A stretch of DNA of 64,000 nucleotides, taken from NCBI GenBank assembly GCA_963700145.1, contig OY969474.1, positions 3,840,001 to 3,904,000 on the forward strand, in the 5' to 3' direction. The notes under the pieces are model-generated. The model did no database searches, was not told the origin of the DNA, and saw only the letters and a list, made by a program, of their open reading frames with translations. Below, piece after piece: positions 1 to 10,124 of this stretch. The first letter of the stretch is position 1, and every line of letters begins with the position of its first letter. The translations under genes were made by a program, and so were the position numbers. This DNA comes from an uncultured Acidobacteriota bacterium. GTDB taxonomy: Bacteria > Acidobacteriota > Thermoanaerobaculia > Multivoradales > UBA5704.

Positions 1-423
1 CGCCCGCTGCTCGAGCGCCTCCTGGGTGAGCACGGTGGCGGCGTTGCCGGGCAGGAGGTCGAGCGAGGGGGCGACGCCCGAGACGACGGTGATGCTGTCG
101 CGCAGCGCCGCGGGGACGGTGAGGTCGATCGGCCCCTCGGGCAGCGCCTCGACCTCGATCGGGGCCGAGACCTCGCCGTTCGGACCGCTGGCGACGAGCG
201 AAAAGGGCGGCGCCGGCGCCGGGCTCAGGGTGAAGCGCCCGTCCGGGCCGGTGTGCGCGCTCTGCGTGTGGCCGACGACGGCGACGGTGTACGACGCGGC
301 CGGGCTGCCGTCGGGCAGCAGCAGCCGCGCCTCGAACGTGGCCGCGTCCGCGGCGCCGAGCGCCGGCGGCGGCAGGAGCAGCAGCGCCAAGGCGGCGCCG
401 ATGCGGAGCAAAGGCGAGTCCAT
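1..423 (-). CDS. TonB-dependent receptor, N-terminal part (runs off the window)
   Basis: Not in the ORF track. Own translation from ATG 423 (SD GGAGGAG upstream): MDSPLLRIGAALALLLLPPPALG signal peptide, carboxypeptidase-regulatory-like domain (TGPDGRFTL), then DSITVVSG...ATVLTQEALEQR, typical of a TonB box and plug start. Confidence 0.65.
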   Translation of the reverse strand, partial: MDSPLLRIGAALALLLLPPPALGAADAATFEARLLLPDGSPAASYTVAVVGHTQSAHTGPDGRFTLSPAPAPPFSLVASGPNGEVSAPIEVEALPEGPIDLTVPAALRDSITVVSGVAPSLDLLPGNAATVLTQEALEQRA

Positions 424-522
424 CACGGGTCTCCTCCAGCCATTGGTTGAGTTCTCGCCACCGGCCGAAGGCGCCGGCGGCGAGGGCTGTGCCGGTGGGG
501 TGCGCGCTCTGCGCGCACGGCC

Positions 523-1257
523 TCAACGGTTCAGGCGCTGGACCAGGAGGAGGAGCGGTGAGGCGAAAGCGACGGGACCGGGCGGCCCGCGGAACGGGCC
601 GGCCGGAGGATCGAGGCGGGAGATGGGTGCGTAGCGGGGCGCCGCGGCGGGGCGCTGGCGCCCGGGCTCCACGGCGGCGAAGACGAACGGCAGGCCCGGC
701 CGGTAGGCGGCGGTCAACTCCGGGAACGGGTCCCACGCCTCCACCTCCCGCCAGCCGCTGCCGTCACGGGCGCCCTCGGCCCAGAGGACGACGCCCGGCT
801 CGCCCGGCCGCGCCGCCTCGCCCCGGGCCCCCGCGCGGTACCGCAGGACTGGGCGCGGGATCGGAGAGGGGACGATCCGGAAGCGCCCCGGCACCGGCTG
901 CTCGCGCTCCTCCCGCTCGTCGCCGAAGCGGAGCAGGAGGCGGCAGTCGTCCGAGACGAGGGGCGGCACGCGGAAGGCGACCCGCGAGCGGCCGAGGTCG
1001 AGGTGCGGAGTGAGGCGAACGGGGAAGCTCTCGCCGCCGTCCACCGAGAGGAAGGCCTCCCACTCGTGGACCTCCGCGAAGGCGGCGAGCCCGGGCCCGG
1101 CCTCCCACTCGATCCACGCCGTCTCCCCGGCCATCAGCTCCGTGCCAGGGACCGGCGCCACGACCCGGGCGAGCTCGGCGACGGGAGGCCCGGCGGCCGC
1201 GACAGGCGGCGCCAGCGCGAGCCCGAGGCTGGCGATCAGAGGGAGGAGCGTGCGCAC
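523..1257 (-). CDS. Secreted hypothetical protein
   Basis: Signal peptide MRTLLPLIASLGLALAPPVAAA, motif EWEAFLSVDGGESF, Pro-rich C-terminus containing RGPP. Confidence 0.7.
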   Translation of the reverse strand: MRTLLPLIASLGLALAPPVAAAGPPVAELARVVAPVPGTELMAGETAWIEWEAGPGLAAFAEVHEWEAFLSVDGGESFPVRLTPHLDLGRSRVAFRVPPLVSDDCRLLLRFGDEREEREQPVPGRFRIVPSPIPRPVLRYRAGARGEAARPGEPGVVLWAEGARDGSGWREVEAWDPFPELTAAYRPGLPFVFAAVEPGRQRPAAAPRYAPISRLDPPAGPFRGPPGPVAFASPLLLLVQRLNR

Positions 1258-1314
1258 CGCCCTTCATCGTCGCAGAAACCGCCCCCCGGCGCCATGCAGC
1301 TTCGGCCGGGACCC

Positions 1315-1368
1315 TTGACGGCCGGTCCCGTCTCATATAACCTACTCGTTATGGAACCTATCGGTTAT
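1315..1368 (+). promoter_or_regulatory. Sigma70-type promoter with tandem ArsR-type operators
   Basis: TTGACG(1315-1320)-N17-TAACCT(1338-1343). Inverted repeats ATAAC-N6-GTTAT and AACC-N4-GGTT overlap the -10 and the start codon. Confidence 0.55.
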
Positions 1369-1740
1369 GCGGAGCTGGGCGCCGAGCGCCTCGATGCGAC
1401 GTTCGCGGCGCTCGCCGACCCGACCCGGCGGGCGATCCTCGCCCGGCTGGCGTCGGGGGAGGCGTCGGTGACGGAGCTGGCTGAGCCGTTCGCGATGAGC
1501 CAGCCCGCGATCTCCAAGCACCTCAAGGTGCTGGAGCGCGCCGGCTTGATCTCGCGCGGCCGCGATGCGCAGCGGCGGCCGTGCAAGCTCGAGGCCCTGC
1601 CGCTCGCCGCGGCCGACGAGTGGCTGGAAGGCTACCGCCGCTTCTGGGAAGCCAGCTTCCAGCGCCTCGACGTCCTGCTCGACGAGATGAAGGCCGAAGA
1701 GAGAAAACGCCAACGAACCAAGCGAGGAGACAAGCGATGA
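1351..1740 (+). CDS. ArsR/SmtB family transcriptional regulator
   Basis: LDATFAALADPTRRAILARL...SQPAISKHLKVLERAGLI; ATG at 1351. Confidence 0.92.
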   Translation: MEPIGYAELGAERLDATFAALADPTRRAILARLASGEASVTELAEPFAMSQPAISKHLKVLERAGLISRGRDAQRRPCKLEALPLAAADEWLEGYRRFWEASFQRLDVLLDEMKAEERKRQRTKRGDKR

Positions 1741-2228
1741 CGGAAGCCGTGCAGAACACCGGCAAGCTACAGGTCACCACCCCTTCGGAGCGAGAGATCG
1801 CCATGACCCGCGTCTTCGACGCGCCGCGCCGCCTGGTCTACGACGCCCATACCAAGCCCGAGCTGGTCAAGCGCTGGCTGGGCGTCTTCGGCGGCTGGTC
1901 GCTGGCGGTCTGCGAGATCGATCTCAGGGTAGGCGGCAGCTATCGCTACGTCTGGCGCCGCGACAGCGGCACCGAGATGGGGATGGGCGGCGTCTATCGC
2001 GAGATCGTGCCCGGCGCGCGGATCGTGGCGACCGAGAAGTTCGACGACCCCTGGTACGAGGGCGAGGCCGTGGGCACGACCACGTTCGTCGAGGAGGGCG
2101 GCAAGACGACCCTGACGACCACCGTGCTCTACGCGTCGCGGGAGGTCCGCGACGCCGTCCTCAAGACCCCGATGGAGACGGGCGTGGCCGCGAGCTACGA
2201 CAAGCTCGAAGAGCTGCTGGCCGGATGA
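1737..2228 (+). CDS. SRPBCC/AHA1-like ligand-binding domain protein
   Basis: EREIAMTRVFDAPRRLVYDAHTKPELVKRW...DLRVGGSYRY; ATGA overlap with the ArsR gene. Confidence 0.9.
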   Translation: MTEAVQNTGKLQVTTPSEREIAMTRVFDAPRRLVYDAHTKPELVKRWLGVFGGWSLAVCEIDLRVGGSYRYVWRRDSGTEMGMGGVYREIVPGARIVATEKFDDPWYEGEAVGTTTFVEEGGKTTLTTTVLYASREVRDAVLKTPMETGVAASYDKLEELLAG

Positions 2229-2443
2229 AGAAGGGGCAAGAAGCGCTGGCGGACGAGGTCCGGTCGGCGCTCGCGTGGCTGGAGAGCCACAGCACCAAGC
2301 GCACCCTCGAGGGGATGGCGCGCTACGCCATCCCCTCGGACAACGCGGCGTCGCCGCAGCCTGCGGCGCGGTGGGTGGGGAAGGACGCGCTCAGGGAGCT
2401 CACGGGCCCCTCGGTGACCCGGCGGCTCGCGGCGCGACGCTAG
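2225..2443 (+). pseudogene. DNA alkylation repair (AlkD-like) protein with large internal deletion
   Basis: N-terminal LEGMARYAIPSDNA is joined directly to C-terminal AARWVGKDALRELT; only 72 aa. Confidence 0.6.
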
Positions 2444-2518
2444 GCTGTTCCCGCGGATCGGCGCGCCGGGGAAAGGTTTGCCCGCCCCGGCGCAAAGGTG
2501 GTAGAAATTACCCACCTC

Positions 2519-2872
2519 ATGGCTTCCTACGAGCCCGCGTATCGCCGTTCGACCGGACTCGTCGATGTCCTCGACCGTGTGCTCGACAAGGGCCTGGTCG
2601 TGGCCGGCGACATCCGCATCTCCCTCGCCGAGGTCGATCTCCTCACCATCCGCATCCGGCTGCTGGTCTGCTCGATCGACAAGGCCGAGCAGATCGGCCT
2701 CGACTGGTGGCGCCAGGACCCCAACCTCTCCCTCGCCGCCCGCCAGATGGCCAACGAGAACGAGCTGCTGCGCGAGCAGGTGCGGTTGTTGCAGGAACGC
2801 GTCGATTCACTCAGCGGCATCGTGAGGGGGGAGCCCGCCCGGGTGAAGAGGCGGAGACGGACCAGCAAGTAA
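2519..2872 (+). CDS. gvpJ: Gas vesicle protein, GvpA family, GvpJ-like
   Basis: [51 protein letters not shown], followed by a coiled-coil tail. Confidence 0.8.
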   Translation: MASYEPAYRRSTGLVDVLDRVLDKGLVVAGDIRISLAEVDLLTIRIRLLVCSIDKAEQIGLDWWRQDPNLSLAARQMANENELLREQVRLLQERVDSLSGIVRGEPARVKRRRRTSK

Positions 2873-2884
2873 GGGGGATGAAGC

Positions 2885-3214
2885 ATGCCGGTCGAACGTG
2901 CAGCGGGCGGCACCAGTCTCATCGACGTTCTGGACCGCGTCCTGGACAAGGGGATCGTGATCGACGCCTGGGTGCGGGTGTCGCTCGTCGGGATCGACCT
3001 GCTGACCGTCGAGGCGCGGATCGTGGTCGCCTCGATCGATACCTACCTCAAGTACTCGGAGGCGGTGGGGCAGATGCCCACCGTGTCGCGGCCGCTGCTC
3101 GAGGCCCGGCCGAACGAGGAGCTGCTGGCGGAGAACGCGTCGCTGCGCGCGCAGCTCGCGGCCACGGTCGTGCGCGAGGAGACGGTCCGGCGCCGCCGGG
3201 CGCCGAAACCTTAG
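2885..3214 (+). CDS. gvpA: Gas vesicle structural protein GvpA with C-terminal extension
   Basis: [52 protein letters not shown] is the canonical GvpA core. Confidence 0.93.
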   Translation: MPVERAAGGTSLIDVLDRVLDKGIVIDAWVRVSLVGIDLLTVEARIVVASIDTYLKYSEAVGQMPTVSRPLLEARPNEELLAENASLRAQLAATVVREETVRRRRAPKP

Positions 3215-3250
3215 TCAAGCGCGGTCTGCTAAGTTAGGGCAGGTCAGCCG

Positions 3251-5412
<2,162 letters not shown>

Positions 5413-5416
<4 letters not shown>

Positions 5417-5814
5417 CCGAAGCCGATCGCCGTCCCCTGGTGCTCGTCGTCGACGACGTCCCGGACGGCCGGGAGATCTGCGCCGAGTACCTCGCCTTCC
5501 GCGGCTACGGCGTGGCCACCGCCGAGGACGGCAACGAGGCGCTGGAGAAGACTGCGAGCCTGCTGCCGGACGTGATCCTCATGGACCTCTCGTTGCCCGG
5601 CCTCGACGGCTGGGAGGCGACCCGGCGCCTCAAGCAGGACGAGCGCACCAAGCACATCCGCGTCATCGCGCTGACCGCGCACGCGCTGCCCTCGGCCCAC
5701 GAGCGGGCGCGCGCGGCGGGGTGCGACGCGGTGGTCACCAAGCCGGTGCTGCCGGAGGACCTGGTCCTCGAGGTGCAGCGGCAGCTCGCGGCACGGGACG
5801 CCGCCGGGGAGTAG
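5413..5814 (+). CDS. Single-domain response regulator (DivK/CheY-like)
   Basis: LVVDD, DVILMDLSLPGLDG, IALTAHA, TKP. Confidence 0.92.
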
Positions 5815-5823
5815 AGACGGACC

Positions 5824-6789
5824 ATGCCGAAGAAGAAGGAGACGCCCGCGAAGCTTCCCGCCCGCCGCGCCCCCAAGGCGCCGGCCGCGGCGCCCGAGCC
5901 CGCGCCGGCCGCGCCGCCGCCGCGGGCGCGGCGCGAGGAGGCGGACCTCCCCGGCGAGCCGCGCAGCCTGGCGGGGACGCTCTCGGGCCTCGCCGTCACG
6001 CCGCCGCCGGCGGAGAGCGACGGCCAGAGCGGCAAGTACGTCTACTGCATCATCCACACGGACGAGCCGCACAACTTCGGGCCGATCGGCATCGGCAGCG
6101 AGCCGGCCGACGTGCACACCGTCAACTACCGCGACGTCGCCGCCGTCGTCTCCGACACGCCGCTCGAGGTCTACGACCCGACGCGCGACAACGTGCTCGC
6201 CCACGAGCGGGTCAACGAGGCGGTGATGCGGCGCTTCACCGTCATCCCGATGTCGTTCTCGACGGTGTTCAAGACGCGCGAGGACATCCTCGAGCTGCTG
6301 CGCACCGCCTACGACGCCTTCCGCGACGTGCTGGTCAAGATGCAGGACAAGCTGGAGTTCGGGCTCAAGATCCTGTGGGAGCCGGAGCTGGTCATCCAGG
6401 AGATCGAGAAGGCCGACGAGAGCCTGCGCCTGCTGCGCCACGAGATCTCGACCCAGAAGGGCTCGACCTACTTCGCGCGCATGCAGTACGGGCGGCTGGT
6501 CGACTCGCTCCTGCAGGAGCGCTCCGAGCAGCTCGTCTCGGAGATCTTCTCGGCCTTGGGCCAGGTGTCGGTCGCCTCGCGCGCCAACAAGCCGATCGGC
6601 GACAAGATGATCATGAACGCCGCCTTCCTCGTCGCCCGCGACCGCGAGGCCGACTTCGACGCCCGCGTCAAGGAGGTCGGCGCCAAGTACGAGCACCTGA
6701 AGTTCAAGTACACCGGCCCCTGGCCGCCCTACAACTTCGTCAACATCCGGCTGCGCCTGGAGCGGGCGACCGACACCGAGCCCGAATGA
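5824..6789 (+). CDS. gvpF: GvpF/GvpL family gas vesicle protein
   Basis: GKYVYCII, AHERVNE, VIPMSF, NAAFLV, TGPWPPYNFV; directly precedes gvpG. Confidence 0.85.
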   Translation: MPKKKETPAKLPARRAPKAPAAAPEPAPAAPPPRARREEADLPGEPRSLAGTLSGLAVTPPPAESDGQSGKYVYCIIHTDEPHNFGPIGIGSEPADVHTVNYRDVAAVVSDTPLEVYDPTRDNVLAHERVNEAVMRRFTVIPMSFSTVFKTREDILELLRTAYDAFRDVLVKMQDKLEFGLKILWEPELVIQEIEKADESLRLLRHEISTQKGSTYFARMQYGRLVDSLLQERSEQLVSEIFSALGQVSVASRANKPIGDKMIMNAAFLVARDREADFDARVKEVGAKYEHLKFKYTGPWPPYNFVNIRLRLERATDTEPE

Positions 6790-7085
6790 TCCTCGTCGAC
6801 CGGCTGCTCCTGGGCGGCATCGGGTTCGTGCTCGACAAGATCGCGGCGGCGGTGGACACCGAGCTCAACGACGAGCAGCGGCTGCGCGAGGAGCTGCTCG
6901 CCGCCGAGATGCAGAACGAGCTGGGCGAGCTCTCGGACGAGGAGTTCGGCGAGCTGCAGGCCGAGCTGCTGGCCCGGCTGCGCGTCATCCGCGAGCGGCA
7001 GCGCGGCGAGCGCGAGGCGGGCATCGCCGGGGTGGTAAGCGTCGAGGTGAGCTTCGACTCCGGCGCGCCGGAGGACCGCGAGTAG
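6786..7085 (+). CDS. gvpG: Gas vesicle protein GvpG
   Basis: MILVDRLLLGGIGFVLDKIAAAVDTELNDE...GELSDEEFGELQAELLARL; ATGA overlap with the upstream gene. Confidence 0.82.
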   Translation: MILVDRLLLGGIGFVLDKIAAAVDTELNDEQRLREELLAAEMQNELGELSDEEFGELQAELLARLRVIRERQRGEREAGIAGVVSVEVSFDSGAPEDRE

Positions 7086-9091
7086 CGGCACCCGCCTTCC
7101 ACCTCTACGGCGGCAAGGGCGGGGTCGGCAAGACCACCTGCGCCGCCGCGCACGCCCTCGCCGCGGCCGCCGCCGGCCGCCGCGTCCTCCTCGTCTCGAC
7201 CGACCCCGCCCACTCGCTCGGCGACGCCCTCGGCCTGAGGCTCGGCCCCACCCCGACGATCGTCCCCACCCGCCGCGGCGCCCTCGCCGCGGTCGAGCTG
7301 GCCGCGGCGCCGGCATGGGAGCGCTGGCTCGGCGAGCGGCGGGAGGGGCTGGCGGCGCTCGCCCTCCGCGGCACCTACCTCGACCGCGAGGACGTGGACC
7401 GCCTCTTCGCCTTGCCGCTCCCCGGCGTGGACGAGCTGGTGGGCATCCTCGAGCTGGCGCGCCTGGCACGCGCCGAAGAGCGGGACGAGGTGGTGGTGGA
7501 CACCGCGCCGACCGCGCACACGCTGCGGCTTCTCGCCATGCCGGAGGCGCTGCGCCGCTTCGCCGGCCTCCTCGCCGCGATGCAGCGGAAGCACCGCGCG
7601 GTGGCCGAGCGCCTGGCCGGCGCTTGGCGCCCCGACGCCGCCGACGCCCTGCCGGCCGGGATCGAGGCCGAAGCGGCGCTCCTCGGCGACCTCCTCCACG
7701 ACCCGCGCCGCGCCCGCTTCCACTGGGTGCTGCTGCCGGAGGCGCTGTCGCTCGCCGAAACGCGCGACGCGCTCGGCGAGCTGGCGGCCGGCGGGGTGCC
7801 GGTGGATGAATCGGTCGAGCTGGTGGTCAACCGCGTGACCCCGCCGCCTCCCGAGGCGTGCGGCACGTGCGAGGCACGGCGGACGGAAGAAGCTCGGGTA
7901 GTGAAAGAGCTGGAGGCCGCCTTCGCGAGGCTGCCAGTGCGATTCGTGCCGGCGGTCGAGCACGAGCCGCGCGGGCGAGCGGCGCTGCTGCGCCTCGCCA
8001 CGGCCCCGTCTGCGAAACCCTCTCTCCTTGTCATCCCGAGCGCAGCGAGGGATCTGGGCGGGGGCGTTTTACCAACCTGGCTCGACCGCCTCGCCCCGCC
8101 CGGCACCCGCCTCCTCCTCTTCGCCGGCAAGGGCGGCACCGGCAAGACGACCTGCGCCGCCGCCGCCGCCCTCCTCCTCGCCGAGCGCGACCCCGCCCGC
8201 CCGGTCCTCCTCCTCTCGACCGACCCCGCGCACTCGCTCGCCGACGTGCTCGCCGCGCCCCTCGACGACTCCGAGCGCCCGGTCCCCGCGGCGCCCGCGC
8301 ACCTCCGCGCCCGCGAGCTGGACGCCGCGGCGCGCTATCGGCTCTGGCGCGAGCGGCTCCGCGGCGGCCTCGCGGAGCTGCTCGGCGCCGAGGAGCGCGG
8401 TGCCGCCGGCGCCGGCCTGGCGCTCGACCGCGCCGTCGTCGAGGCGTTGCTGGAGGTCGATCCGCCGGGGCTCGACGAGCTGGTGGCGATCCTCGACCTG
8501 ACCGGCGAAGCCGGTCATCCTGAGGCGCGCGGCGCCGAAGGATCTCGCAGGCCGCCGTCGCACGGCTTGCAGACCGAGCGCCTCGTCGTCCTCGACACCG
8601 CCCCCACCGGCCACGCCCTGCGCCTGCTCGAGATGCCGGCCCTCGCCCTCGCCTGGGACCATGCCCTCCTCGCCATCCTCTTGAAGTACCGCGAGGTGCT
8701 GGGGCTGGGCGAGCTGGCGGCGGAGCTGGTCGAGCTGGCGCGGGGCCTCAAGCGCCTCCAGGTAGTGCTCGCCGACCCGGCGCGCACCCGCTGCGTGGCG
8801 GTGGCGCGGGCCGCCGAGCTGCCGCGGCGGGAGACCGGGCGGCTGCTCGCCGCACTCGCCGGGCTGGGGGTGGCGGCGCCGGCCGTCCTGGTCAACGCCC
8901 TCACGCCCCCCGGCTGCTCGCGCTGTCGGCAAGCCGCGGCGGCCGAGCGGCGGCAGCTCGCCGCGCTCCGTCTAGGGCTGCCGGCCGGCGCGGCTATGAT
9001 CCGGGCGCCGGCCGCGTTCCCGCCGCCGCGCGGCGCCGCCCCGCTCGCCGCCTGGGGCCGGAGCTGGAGCTGGAGCGAGAGCACCCCATGA
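7082..9091 (+). CDS. Tandem-domain ArsA/Get3-family ATPase
   Basis: Two deviant P-loops (GGKGGVGKTT near 7110; AGKGGTGKTT), two STDPAHSL, DTAPTAH/DTAPTGH and two CxxC. The frame is open upstream of the track start (7394); the start is uncertain (GTA 7082 after GGAGGA). Confidence 0.88.
   Translation, partial: VAAPAFHLYGGKGGVGKTTCAAAHALAAAAAGRRVLLVSTDPAHSLGDALGLRLGPTPTIVPTRRGALAAVELAAAPAWERWLGERREGLAALALRGTYLDREDVDRLFALPLPGVDELVGILELARLARAEERDEVVVDTAPTAHTLRLLAMPEALRRFAGLLAAMQRKHRAVAERLAGAWRPDAADALPAGIEAEAALLGDLLHDPRRARFHWVLLPEALSLAETRDALGELAAGGVPVDESVELVVNRVTPPPPEACGTCEARRTEEARVVKELEAAFARLPVRFVPAVEHEPRGRAALLRLATAPSAKPSLLVIPSAARDLGGGVLPTWLDRLAPPGTRLLLFAGKGGTGKTTCAAAAALLLAERDPARPVLLLSTDPAHSLADVLAAPLDDSERPVPAAPAHLRARELDAAARYRLWRERLRGGLAELLGAEERGAAGAGLALDRAVVEALLEVDPPGLDELVAILDLTGEAGHPEARGAEGSRRPPSHGLQTERLVVLDTAPTGHALRLLEMPALALAWDHALLAILLKYREVLGLGELAAELVELARGLKRLQVVLADPARTRCVAVARAAELPRRETGRLLAALAGLGVAAPAVLVNALTPPGCSRCRQAAAAERRQLAALRLGLPAGAAMIRAPAAFPPPRGAAPLAAWGRSWSWSESTP
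8028..8066. repeat. REP-like palindromic element inside the ATPase gene
   Basis: TTGTCATCCCGAGCGCAGCGAGGGATCTGGGCGGGGGCG, near-identical to the intergenic copy starting at 11418. Confidence 0.75.
8514..8546. repeat. Second, divergent REP-like element inside the ATPase gene
   Basis: GTCATCCTGAGGCGCGCGGCGCCGAAGGATCTC shares the GTCATCCTGAG...CGAAGGATCT ends with the 11418 copy. Confidence 0.6.
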
Positions 9092-9885
9092 GCCCCTCCC
9101 TGGCGACCTACGTCTACGCGCTCCTGCGCCGCCCGGCGGCGCCGGCCGTCGGCGGCGCGCCGGCGGGGCTCCCCGGCCTCTCCCCGCCGCGCGCGCTCGA
9201 CGCCGGCGGCGGCCTCTGGCTGGTGGCCGCCGACGCCCCGCTCCCCGACTACGGCGCCGACGAGATCGGCCGCCGCCTCGAGGACCTCTCCTGGGTCTCG
9301 ACCTGCGCCCTCGCCCACGAGCGCATGGTGGAGCACTTCGGCGCCGGCGCCACGCTGGTGCCGATGAAGCTCTTCACCCTCTTCGCCGGCGACGCGCGCG
9401 CCGTCGAGCACATCGGCGGCGAGCGCGAGCGGCTCGCGCGCCTGCTCGACCGCGTCGAGGGGTGCCGGGAGTGGGGGGTGCGGGTGCTCTTCGACGAGGC
9501 GGCGGCGCGGGCGGCGCTCGACGCTGAGGAGAACGGGGGAGAGGGCGGCGGGCCGAGCGGCGGCGCCGGCACCGCCTTCCTGCAGCAGAAGAAGCGGCAG
9601 CGGGAGGCTGCGCGGACCCTCGCCGCGCGCGCCGGCGCCGCGGCGGAAGAGCTGTTCGCGGCGCTCGCCGCCCGGGCGCGCGACGCCGTGCGGCGCGACC
9701 CGCCGGCGGCGGAGGTCGCCGCCCGCCTGCTGCTCGACGCCGCCTTCCTCGTGCCGGAGGAGACGGCGGCCGCCTTCGAGGATGTGGTCGGGCGCGGCGC
9801 CGAGGCGCTGCGGCGGCTGGGCGGCGACGTGACGCTCACCGGCCCCTGGCCGGCCTACAACTTCGCGGCCGAGGAGACGCGGTGA
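9088..9885 (+). CDS. gvpL: GvpL/GvpF family gas vesicle protein
   Basis: TYVYAL, AHERMVE, LVPMKLFTLF, EWGVRV, LLDAAFLV, TGPWPAYNF. Confidence 0.85.
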   Translation: MSPSLATYVYALLRRPAAPAVGGAPAGLPGLSPPRALDAGGGLWLVAADAPLPDYGADEIGRRLEDLSWVSTCALAHERMVEHFGAGATLVPMKLFTLFAGDARAVEHIGGERERLARLLDRVEGCREWGVRVLFDEAAARAALDAEENGGEGGGPSGGAGTAFLQQKKRQREAARTLAARAGAAAEELFAALAARARDAVRRDPPAAEVAARLLLDAAFLVPEETAAAFEDVVGRGAEALRRLGGDVTLTGPWPAYNFAAEETR

Positions 9886-10124
9886 GCGAGCGGCTGCCGG
9901 CCGCGCGCGACGCCGGCGAGCTGATCGAGGTGGTGGCCGGGGCCGACGGCTCGCTTCTCGACATCGTCGATCACCTGCTCAACCAGGGGGTGGTGCTGAC
10001 CGGCGAGGTGGTGCTTGGGCTGGCGGACATCGATCTCATCTACCTCCGGTTGTCCGCCCTGCTCTGCGCCGCCGACCGCATCCTGCCGCGGGCTGGGGAG
10101 GGGGAGGGAGGGAAGGGGAGTTGA
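9882..10124 (+). CDS. Small GvpA-family accessory protein (GvpS/GvpM-like)
   Basis: SLLDIVDHLLNQGVVLTGEVVLGLADIDLIYLRLSALL. Confidence 0.82.
   Translation: MSERLPAARDAGELIEVVAGADGSLLDIVDHLLNQGVVLTGEVVLGLADIDLIYLRLSALLCAADRILPRAGEGEGGKGS

Noticed and set aside
7082-9091. Arsenic resistance operon
   Set aside because: No arsB/acr3/arsC/arsD; the ATPase is embedded among gvp genes, and the ArsR at 1351 belongs to an SRPBCC operon
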